DNA of 64,000 bases, from positions 372,001-436,000 of the forward strand of contig NW_027117350.1 of the NCBI RefSeq assembly GCF_038025025.1, read 5' to 3'. A model generated the notes under the pieces. That model was not told the origin of the DNA, ran no database searches, and worked only from the letters and a program-made list of their open reading frames with translations. Every line of letters begins with the position of its first letter. The first letter of the stretch is position 1. The stretch is from Phyllosticta citribraziliensis (lineage: Eukaryota). Below are positions 36,731 through 47,097 of this stretch, one piece after another. The position numbers and the translations under genes are program-made.

Positions 36731-39700
36731 ATGGAGGGCGCTTTTACGCATCTGGGCAACCACTTGGTGTCTGATTCGGCTTCCACCATCAACGCCGGCG
36801 ACGATGAGAGCATCCTGGACGGAGACCTTGGCCGCACCAACTTGAACGGCCGCCGCCGCCGCCTTGACGAAGATGAGGACGCAGATGGCTACGATGATGA
36901 TGACATGGAGAGCATGGCCAGCATGGCTGTAGGAGGCAAGCAGCGCCAGAAGACCGAAGAGGAGGTCGAGCTGCCCGCCCACGCCTGCGCGTAAGCACTT
37001 TTGGTCTCGCCGGCGCATCTGATCTCTGCTAACCCAATCTCGCCTTCAGTTACTGCGGCATCCACAATCCTGGCAGTGTTGTCAAGTGCTTGTCTTGCAA
37101 CAAGTGGTTCTGCAGTGCTCGCGGCAATACCTCGTCGTCCCACATCATCAACCACCTGGTCCGCGCCCGCCACAAGGAGGTCCAGCTCCACCCGTCGTCC
37201 TCGCTCGGGGACACTGTTTTGGAGTGCTATAACTGTGGTACCAAGAATGTCTTCTTGCTCGGTTTCATCCCAGCAAAATCTGATACGGTCGTGGTTCTTC
37301 TTTGCCGCCAACCTTGCGCGGCCATGCCCTCCAACAAGGACATGAGTTGGGACACCTCGCGCTGGCAGCCTTTGATTGAAGACCGATCCTTCTTGCCCTG
37401 GCTGGTGAGTCAGCCTTCGGACCAGGAGCAGCTCCGAGCTCGACACCTCAGCCCGCAAATGATTGCCAAATTGGAGGAGATGTGGAAAGACAACAGCTCT
37501 GCTACCATTGAAGACCTCGAGAAGGGTGCCGGAGTGGACGATGACCCTGCGCCTGTGCTGCTCCGCTACGATGACGCTTACCAGTATCAAAATGTTTTTG
37601 GCCCCCTCGTCAAGATCGAAGCCGACTACGACCGCAAGCTCAAGGAGTCGCAATCCCAAGATGGCTTGGTTGTGCGCTGGGATGTCGGTCTGAACACCAA
37701 GCACCTTGCGAGCTTTGTTCTGCCAAAGCTGGAGCTTGGAGATGTAAAACTCGCCGTGGGAGATGAGATGCGCCTGCGCTACACTGGCGAACTTCGACCC
37801 CACTGGGAAGGCGTTGGATACGTCATCAAAATTCCCAACAACCAGTCCGACGAAGTCACGGTTGAGTTGCGCACCAAGGGCGACCACAAGTCCGTCCCTA
37901 CCGAGTGTACACACAACTTCTCTGCCGATTACGTCTGGAAGGCCACATCCTTCGACCGTATGCAGCACGCCATGAAGACGTTTGCCATTGATGAAATGAG
38001 TGTCTCTGGATACATTTTTCATCGCCTTTTAGGCAACGAGGTTGCTGCAGCCCCGATGAAGATTCAGATGCCCAAAAAGTTCAGCGTGCCTGGCCTCCCG
38101 GACCTTAACAACTCCCAGATCAGTGCTGTAAAGGCTGTCCTGGGCCAGCCACTGAGCCTGATCCAAGGCCCGCCAGGAACTGGCAAGACTGTTACATCTG
38201 CCACAATCATCTACCATCTTGCCAAAATCACCAGTGGCCAAGTCTTGGTTTGCGCGCCTTCCAACGTTGCCGTCGACCAACTCTGCGAGCGCATCCACCG
38301 CACGGGCTTGAAGACGGTTCGTGTTACTGCAAAGTCCAGAGAGGATGTCGAGTCGCCAGTCCGCTTTCTTTCGCTCCATGAGCAAGTCCGCATGAATGAC
38401 TCCAACATTGAACTCAACAAGTTGAACCAGCTGAAGACCGAACTTGGAGAGCTTTCAAGTCAGGACGAAAAGAAGTTCAAGCAATTGACGCGCGCCGCCG
38501 AGCGTGAAATTCTTCAGAATGCCGACGTCATATGCTGCACCTGCGTTGGTGCGGGTGATCCTCGTCTATCCAAGTTCAAGTTCCGCACTGTGCTCATTGA
38601 CGAGTCTACTCAGTCTGCCGAGCCCGAGTGTATGATTCCGTTGGTCTTGGGCTGCAAGCAGGTTGTCCTTGTCGGCGACCATCAGCAGCTGGGACCTGTC
38701 ATTATGAACAAAAAGGCTGCAAAGGCTGGATTGAACCAGTCCCTGTTTGAACGCCTCGTCATCCTCGGCTGCAACCCCATCCGATTGCAGGTGCAGTACC
38801 GCATGCATCCTTGTCTTTCAGAGTTTCCTTCCAACATGTTTTACGAAGGCTCCCTGCAAAACGGTGTCACGATGCAGCAGCGTATGAGGAGGGATGTTGA
38901 CTTTCCCTGGCCAATTGTTGACAGTCCCATGATGTTTTGGTCTAACCTGGGCAGCGAGGAAATCTCGGCCTCTGGCACATCATATCTCAACCGCACTGAA
39001 GCGGTAAACGTTGAGAAGATTGTCACCCGTTTCTTCAAGGCAGGTGTGAAGCCCCAGGACATTGGCATCATTACCCCGTACGAGGGACAGCGTAGCTACG
39101 TTGTCAGCTCCATGCAAGCCCACGGAACTTTCAAGAAAGAGAACTACAAGGAGATTGAGGTCGCTTCGGTCGACGCGTTCCAGGGCCGTGAGAAAGACTT
39201 TATCATCCTGTCCTGCGTTCGCTCCAACGACCACCAGGGAATCGGTTTCTTGAGCGATCCCCGTCGTCTCAACGTCGCGCTCACTCGTGCCAAGTACGGT
39301 CTCGTCATTTTGGGCAATCCAAAGGTTTTGTCGAAGCATCCTTTGTGGCACTATCTCCTCTTGCATTTCAAAGAGCGCACCTGCCTCGTCGAAGGCCCGC
39401 TCAACAACCTGCAGCCATCTCTCATGCAGTTCAGCCGACCCAAGCAGACATACCGTGAGCCGCAGCGCTTCCAGATGGCCTTCCAGCATGCCTCGAACAT
39501 GACCTCGGGCCGCGCCGCCATGAATGGCAAGCCCCGGCAAGAGTACAACGACAACGGCTCCATCGTGGGCTACATTCCGGACGATGTTTCCTCCGTCCAC
39601 TCTTCCGCACTCGGCGGCGTCGGTGTCCCGAACAACTACCCGCCCATGTTCTCCAACTTCACTGAAGCTTGGCCTTCGTTGCCAGGTGCACGCAACGGAC

Positions 39701-40041
39701 CCAATGCCAATGTCAAGCCCAAGGCTAATATCGCTGGAAGCGTTGCTGGCGAGTCTGTCGCTGCTTCTGAGCTTACAGACACCAACGGCAGCGTCGCAGA
39801 CAAGGGCGGAGTCGGCCAGGGTGGTGTCAGTCTGGCGGGTCTTAGTCTGAACGACTTGGCGAAGCCAACCAGCTTTTCTCAGTCCGACCGCCTGAAGCGC
39901 TATGTCGAAAGCAGTGGCCAGCCTGGTCCTGTCGGATATGGCCGGGGTCAGACTGCTCGCGGCTTTCCCGGCGATGATGACGACGTTCGCAGCGTTTCTA
40001 CTGCATTTGCGAGCCAGATCGGCCTGGGCTCTTACGACTGA
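36731..40041 (+). CDS. UPF1: NMD RNA helicase Upf1/Nam7, ~1083 aa; exons 36731-36990 and 37050-40041
   Basis: CH domain (HACAYCGIH...CNKWFC...LECYNCG), Walker [36 protein letters not shown] and [10 protein letters not shown]. 59-nt intron GTAAGC...GCTAAC...CAG. Confidence 0.98.
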
Positions 40042-41077
40042 TTGCAGTACAAACTGTTTGCTGAGCAGCCTCGAGATTCTCAAACCTCGTTGGCGCCTGT
40101 GCCTGTCAACAACGCCGCAGCAGCATCAGTATGAGCAGCCACGAAACGACAAGGTCGATTACCTGCTCTGATACGCCAGCACGCGTGCAGAAGAAGCATG
40201 AACAGGCCATTGATTGTGCGCGGCCGCTTCCGACCGATCCAGTAATCAACCACGCCTCTACTGCCTTGCGCCTGAGAGAGGAAGAGCAGACAAAAAGCAC
40301 GTTTCAGGACCTGTACTCACCACGTCGTTGCCGACGAACACGCCAATCGTCCTGCCAGAGCTCTTCTTTTATTTCTCTCAGTTATGTCAACATTGTACTC
40401 CAGCGCTAGACTTGGGTTGTTCAACCTACTTGGCGCCGGGATGCCCGCAATGCCCACTGGATTGAGCCTTTTCTCCGCCAGCAGCCAAGAACATCATTAC
40501 TGGGGGCTCATGGGCCGAACTTGAAGAGTGATCTAGATGCCGGGTGGTGAGAGGGCTGGAGTAACAGCTGGCAGAATGCTAAGATGGTGAACACTGGCCC
40601 TCCGACTTCTTGTGCACACTGGGCTGCTTTGAAGCTTTCTGATTAAGGTGCATTGAATTGTGCCTTGCACACCAGTAGACAGACAGCTGATGCAAGAAAA
40701 GATTGCCTTTTTCCGGAAAATTCAAGACCGCTTTGTGACTCGGGAGGCTTCTTACGCGTGCTCTGCATACTTGTAGCGAACCCAGCTCGATCATTGTCTG
40801 CTAATTTTCAATCAAGACGTGATTTTTCAGCCGGGCCACGTAGAAAAAAGACAGCGAAAGTCGCACGCAAAAAATGGTGCGGAGTACACGGGAAGCATCC
40901 ATAAGCCTTACCAGACACCTGATGGGTGGTACTCAATCAAGCCACCGTGAAGCTGACACTTTCAGGCATTCAAGCGCTCATGAGGTATTGTCATGGGGAG
41001 CATTCAAACCTCACCTCAGAATTCCCGACCCGGACGAATCGATTCCTTCCCGATTGGGTATAGCGTCTCACGGGGGT

Positions 41078-41119
41078 GCGCGTCACCTCGCGACGCTGGG
41101 CGGCAAGCGCGACGCGTCG
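41078..41119. promoter_or_regulatory. MCB-like (ACGCGT/CGCG) element cluster upstream of the BRCT gene
   Basis: ACGCGT at 41112-41117 inside the palindrome CGACGCGTCG, plus GCGCGT at 41078, TCGCGA at 41088 and GCGCGA at 41107; 115-155 bp upstream of the ATG. Confidence 0.5.
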
Positions 41120-41232
41120 TCGCACCTCCAGCCTCTCGTCTTGCCTGCGGACTTCTCTCTACCTTTCTCACCCATCTCTCTCAACGCCCACACTTCGCCT
41201 TCTGATGTAACCTCTCATGACCGCACCAAACG

Positions 41233-43279
41233 ATGGCTAAAGTCTCACTCGTCCTTGAGGCCTTCGCTGAGTCTGTACCGCGCCGACCCTTCCCAATCGA
41301 GAAAGATGGCTACTACGCCATAACGAAGTGTGCCGACGATGTCAGCATAGATATCGACCGCTGTCCCGGATGGAGTATGTGCAAGACCCTGACCTCTTCC
41401 CTACAAAAGTTGTGGACTACGAGGCTAATACTGTCTCTAGCTGACCTCAGACGCCCAGAGTGTCTCGCTATCGTTGGTAAGGATCTCTTGCTCGTTCGCC
41501 TTTGGTCTCACGTACTTAACACCCTCAGCCATCCACAACACCCATATTGTGCTCCAATCCGCTTGCGAATCCTGCGCCGTCGTCCCGCCAAGTGTGGACC
41601 TGGGAAGCCCTAGCCCTTCCACAGACGATGAGCGATGGACAAAAATCGCCTTGGAACAAAGCACTCCAAAGTGCCAATACAGCGTCGTCCTCCGGCCAGA
41701 TGACCGGATCGTATTCTGGTCAAAAGCCCCGAGGGTACCCCGAGACTGCACTCTGAAGGTTCAGATCGACAACGTCCAAGTCGAGTCGTCCCTTCCCGAC
41801 GGGATTGGCCAGATTGAGAGACGATCTCAGCACGAGAGCATTGGAAGGAGTGAGAGGAAGGTCCCGGCTGCTACACCTTTGGCGGCTTCAACAACCTCTC
41901 AGGTGGTCAATGAGACCCCAGCTTCCAGACGCAGACAACAAGCGCGAGGCAATGGACGCTCCTTGAACGGCGACGTTTCCACGACCGACGACCGTACGAA
42001 TGCTCCTGAGGAACACGAAGGTGACGGCGACGTTCCCATGAAGAAGGACCGCACGAACACTCCCGAGGAAGACCAAGACGACGGTGACGTTTCAATGAAG
42101 AACAACCGCCCGAGCACTCCCGAGGAACACGAAGATGACGGCAACGTTTCCACGATGAATGAACGGACGAATACTCCCGAGGAGCATGCCAGTGAAGAGC
42201 GAGGCATCAGAAGCTCTGTGCGTAGAAGTACTTCAGCGAAGAATGACCACATGGACGCTCCTGAGGATCACGAAGAAGAAGACGACGCTACGGTGTCCGA
42301 GAGTGAGAATGACGATGACCTCAACGAAGAGCCAAGTCCGATCCATTCTTCCAAGCCGTCGAATCCGAACCAGGAAACCGAAATTTACTCTGGCAACCGC
42401 GCCAGGGCGCTTTCCCCTCGCGTCGAGATTCCTGCTACACGTGGATACAAAAGAACAGCTCAGGAAGATATTCCTCGAGCTAGCAAGAGGCAATCTATTG
42501 CACCAGAGACTCCACCGTCGTCGGCACGCTCCCAACGATCAGCCGTCTATGTGGCTTTCAGCAACAGCTCTGTTAACAGCCGACCCTCGACGTTGAAGTT
42601 CCTCGCTCGCCAAGGGGTCAAGATTCAGGATAGCGTCACGAATTGCTGCGACTATCTTTGGTTAGTTCCCTCGATAGTCTCCAAGACAGCCTGCTAACAG
42701 TCTGCCAGTGTCAATGCTTCGGGCCAGTTGATCAAGAGCTTCAAGCTCCTTATGAGCGTCATCTTGGGTAAACCCATCATTAGTGACGAGTGGGTTCTGA
42801 AAAGCCTCAATGCCAAGAAACTGGTTGATCCAGATGACTTCATCACAACCAACGCACCGTCGGAGTGGCGATGGGGCAAAACCAAGGAAGACGTTGCAAA
42901 AGCCCTGCGTCGCGACCGCTCGAAACTATTCGAGGGGTTGGACATCTTCATCACTCCAAAACTCAAGAAGGACTACGGCGCGGCTTACAAGGACATTGAA
43001 AAACTCCTCAAGGAAACCGGCGCATCTACAGTGGCTTCGAAGCAGGCGCGCTCCCAGGATCCTAGTAGCACAACGGTTGTCATCGGCTCTGAGAACGACG
43101 ATGCCGATGTTGCAAAGCTCTCCGATAGCGGCGACGAATGGTCTTGCTTTAGCAAGGAGCTCATCAGCATGACCATTCTCCGCGGACAATTAGACCTTGA
43201 CAGCAACGAGTTCAAGTTGCGATCGGCCAAATCAGGAAAGAAGGCTGGCAGGCCAGGCCGCCCAAAGAAGTCCAAGTGA
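41233..43279 (+). CDS. Tandem-BRCT protein, Mdb1/MDC1-like, ~626 aa; exons 41233-41374, 41441-41476, 41529-42660, 42709-43279
   Basis: Three GT-AG introns give a continuous frame. C-terminal BRCT pair (VAFSNS...LIKSFKLLMSVILGKPIISDEWV; LFEGLDIFIT...LLKETGA...FSKELISMTILRGQLD), acidic low-complexity middle and a basic NLS-like tail. Confidence 0.85.
41966..42193 (+). repeat. Coding 57-bp (19-aa) tandem repeat x4 within the BRCT gene
   Basis: Units NGDVSTTDDRTNAPEEHEG / DGDVPMKKDRTNTPEEDQD / DGDVSMKNNRPSTPEEHED / DGNVSTMNERTNTPEEHAS. Confidence 0.92.
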
Positions 43280-43822
43280 TCGGAGCCCGGTCTGATGCAA
43301 GAGGAAGTGGTTTGCAAGAGCAGCGATATCCGGAGCACGTTTACTGTCAATATTTTAGGGGAGATTCTTCTTGATTCATTTGCAGATATTCTGGCTGGGA
43401 GGATTTGGCATCGACGGAAGGACAAAACTCGAACCTTCGTCTCCCTTTTTGCTTTTCAAACCTGGAGTCCGTGGGCGGTCTAGCTCATGTAGCTTGAGAC
43501 GCAAGCATGCAGCTCTATACTGGAGAATCAATGAGAATTACCGACTTCTCTGACTGCTTCGCCGCCCTCGAATCTTGACGTTGTCGACAGTGAAGGTAGT
43601 CGCATGCGGTAAGTAAGACGTGTAAATGTGCTGCGTTGGCGCTATCACGAAACGCGGGTCTTTTCGATGGGGATCTGTGGCTCTAGAAGGTCCTTCATGT
43701 TTTGGTAAGTCTGTCTGCTGTCTGTTTGTGTCTTTGGGCTTTGTTGACTTGCCTGGTCGCCGGGCTTTCAGTAGGAGAATCACGCAAGCCTTGAAAATGA
43801 GAGAAGAAACACTAGTTGCTGC

Positions 43823-43856
43823 GTGCAGCCTGTGCAGCCTGTGCAGCCTGTGCAGC
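43823..43856. repeat. 9-bp tandem repeat (GTGCAGCCT) x~4
   Basis: Direct reading of the sequence. Confidence 0.9.
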
Positions 43857-44140
43857 GTACTTTCTCCTATTGACCGGGAGATTCTACTTGTGTGGTACAG
43901 ACACTTCTTGTTATCTCCAGGCTTTTTTAGGTGATCCACTCGGCATTTTTGCCAAGTTCGAACTTTTTCGTCGATCTTCTATTGCTCTCTGGAAGAAGAA
44001 TTGTCGTACTTTGGTATGTTGTTTTACCCTCGTCGTCTCTTTTCGAGTTGGTTGACTTGCTGGGTCTCTACTTTTTGGTCAAGTAAGCAAAGGAGCAAGC
44101 TGACAGAGTTGTGAAACGAGTAAGGGCGGCACGACATCTC

Positions 44141-44284
44141 GTTGCCGTCGACTCACTCGTCAACTACGAAGCCGTCAAGTACTTCCCTGATGAAAGGTTC
44201 GAATTCGCGCGTTACAACAAAGCCCTCCAGTCTTATGATAGCGCCTCCATCAAGGTTGCAACTTCGCTTGCCTTTCTCAACTCG
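44141..44284 (+). pseudogene. Isolated ~48-codon fragment of a mitochondrial ABC transporter ATM1/ABCB7-like gene
   Basis: VAVDSLVNYEAVKYFPDERFEFARYNKALQSYDSASIKVATSLAFLNS matches the Atm1 transmembrane-domain segment (DSLINYEAVKYFNNE...SLAFLNSGQ). The flanks do not continue the similarity. Confidence 0.8.
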
Positions 44285-45457
44285 CTGGGTGATTGCCTTG
44301 TCGGGCATGGAAATGAGCCTGCGAGAGTATCCGCTTCTTTTCACAGGCAAGGCTCGGTATCCCAATGTTTCAAGGTTTTCCGTCTAGTCACATGTGGAAT
44401 TCAAGACTTGAGGCATGCCTCATTACCTGATTTGGTAGCAATATGGCGTCTGCAGATGTTGCGAAACGTGGCCAAGTCATCCTCAGGGGTCTGCTCTCCT
44501 AGCGGCTTGTCTTTGGTGCTTCTCTGTCTTGATCTACCATTTTTAGGCAAGTTTCTGGCGACCGAGAGCGGGACGAGAGGGCGTTTCATTCTTGGTTGGA
44601 CATTTCTGGGGATCTCGACTCCAAGACGGAGCCGAGAACGGCACTTGTGTCTTGGGTGAGCTTTTCAGGTGCCGTTTGCCCACCATCGCTCTACCGAGGC
44701 TGAAGATTGCAGGCAGGTCCCCAGCTACAGGTGGTTACAAGGGAGCCATGGCGCGAAAGCATTATCGCGGCTCTTCTATGCGCAGCATAGGAGTCGGGTT
44801 GTTTCAGCGCTAGCGGTAGCTCCTCTCATCGACGACTTGGAGCCCCCCGTTTCCCCTGGAGCTCGGACGGTCGTTCTTGAGGGGAAGAAGGGACCTCAGA
44901 AGACTTGCTAGCCAAAAAAAGAGCGTTAGCCGACATCATCCTGGATCGAAAGACGTGCGACCGCCACACGACGACCACTGCAACCTCTCCCTCCCGCGCT
45001 ACCGACCCGAGACAGGGACCGCAGCTGCGGGAGAGCAGCCGAGATTGTTGTGCGCGTCTATGGCGACTTCAGCGATGGAGTCAGCGTGAAGTTTATCTGG
45101 AGTGGAAATTTGCACAACACCATCATTGCCCCAGCGGATGAGTGGAATGGAGAAAGTTTTCCGCCAGCATTTCAAGAGACTCACTGGAATCTAGCAGTCA
45201 ACACACAAGCGTAGAAGATGTCGACATGGTGGAACAGACAAAACTTCGCAATAATTTGTACTAGTTATACAGTATGCTCACAGAAGGAATTCTGCTATCC
45301 GGCAACGCTCATCAACAACCCGCAATTGGGACTTTGTGGTAAAGGAGTGACAACCATCGAGGCCGGTGCGGTATCCATTAGTCTAGCTGGGCCATGACAC
45401 ACCCTACCCAAGAGATAGACAAAGCGTAGGGACAAGGAAACAAACAAGTGACGGCGT

Positions 45458-47097
45458 TTACCGGTGACGACCTCCACCGCTTCCGCCTCCGGATCCACCA
45501 CCACCACCACCGGAGTTGTCTTCGCTTCCGCGAAGTCCACCACCTCCACCACCGCCTCCAGGAGGCTTCTTCTTTCCTCCACTTCCTCCACCTCCTCCAC
45601 CACCGCCGCCGCCGCCGCCACCGCTGCCACCTCCCTCTGGCTGGCACCAACAACACTTGCCCTTGGGATTTTTTTGACCTGAGTTGCCGCTGTCAAATTG
45701 ATTGCCGCCGCCGGGCCATCGCTTCAGCAGGTCGGCAGCCGAGTCCATAGCCGCCCAGCGCCTCATCCTACGGCCGCTTGCTTGTTGAGTGTCTTGTTGG
45801 GTGTCCTGCTGCGTGTCGACAGTGGTGCCATCAGCTCCACCGCCTGTCGTAGATTGCGGCGTCTTGGTGCCACCGCCAGCGAGACCGCCAGCGTTGTTCT
45901 TTCCGTTGGGACATGTCGTGCCGTCAAGATCGCCAGTGCCACCCTTTGGCATTTTGCCCATGTTGCCACCGGTGCCCTTGTTCTTGACACCGGGCTTGCA
46001 CTGCGCTTTGATGTCCTTTTGACACTGCTTCGCAGCACCAAACTTGCCCAGGGGACCACACTTGGGGAAGCCACCGGGACCAGCGCCGCTCTTGACAACA
46101 CGGCCGCCTCCGCCACCTCCACCGCCTCCACCGCTACCACCTCCGCCGCCGCTCTCGCTTTGGGGAGTAACACCGCTGCCACCCTTTTTCTTACTGGAGG
46201 AGCTGGAGCCTTGACGACGGAGACGACGGAAGCGGGCGAGGCGACCTCCACCTCCACCTCCACCTCCACCTCCGACACCACTGCCAGAACCATCGCCACC
46301 GCCGCCGCCGCCGCTGCCATCAGTTGACTGAAGCGAAGCGTCATTCTGCTTGACGTTGCCGCCCGTGGTCTGCTGAGTCGGGTCGGTCTGGTCTGTCGTT
46401 TGGTCGTTGCCCTTGCTACCGCTGGGACAGCCGTCGCCGACGCGGCCAAACAGGTCGACGACGCGTGGAGCATTTTTGAGCTGGTCTGGTGGGAGGCGTT
46501 TGCCTTGGTCGTCGAACGGGTACTTGACGATGCTGGGCCCATAAGGACAGCCACCAGTGACTGTAAGTTTGCCTGCGTCTTGACGTCCGCAACATCCGTT
46601 GGTCGGGTCTTGATTGCAATCAACACCGATACCCGGGTTTTCACCAGTTTTGACGTCGCTATGATGAGGTTAGTAAAATTCCTCAAGTGAACGATTCCGT
46701 GTCGTCGATGACTTACTCCCAGAAAAACAACCAAACGTTAGGGTTCGGTTCAAGGTTGCCGGGGTCAACGGGTGGTTTACCGCTGAAGCAACAGCAGTCA
46801 CCGTAGGGCGCACCGTGGTTGCAGTCCTTGTTGTGGTTGATACGGAAGGCTGCCCATGATTGTCCGTAGGATTGTCTCAAGTTGGTGGAACACTCGCCGG
46901 CCTGGATACCAACGCGGCAATCGACAGCTAGAAAAGGTTGTCAGACCAAGGCTGCCACAAGTGGGGATCATCAGCATACTTGTAAGTTCGAAGATGTTTT
47001 TCGGCTTGAAGCCAAACGTGTTACTGAGAGCGGGACACTCATCCGCCGCTGCGAGGCCCAAAAGGAGTGAGACCGCGAGCGCCTTGAAGGCCACCAT
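45458..47097 (-). CDS. Secreted Cys-rich/Gly-rich protein with multiple dibasic sites, ~509 aa; exons 47097-46980, 46927-46717, 46658-45458
   Basis: Signal peptide MVAFKALAVSLLLGLAAA. Introns 46979-46928 (GTATGC...CTGAC...TAG) and 46716-46659 (GTAAGT...TACTAAC...TAG) give one open frame of 510 codons ending ...GGGRHR*. Confidence 0.85.

Noticed and set aside
40869..40960. Minus-strand ...CCGCACCA followed by T6, resembling a tRNA/Pol III 3' end
   Set aside because: No TTCGA T-loop, no A/B boxes and no cloverleaf.
45763..46734. 323-aa Ala/Val-rich ORF in the track
   Set aside because: Alternative frame of the Gly-rich exon 3. Splice phase supports the Gly/Cys frame.
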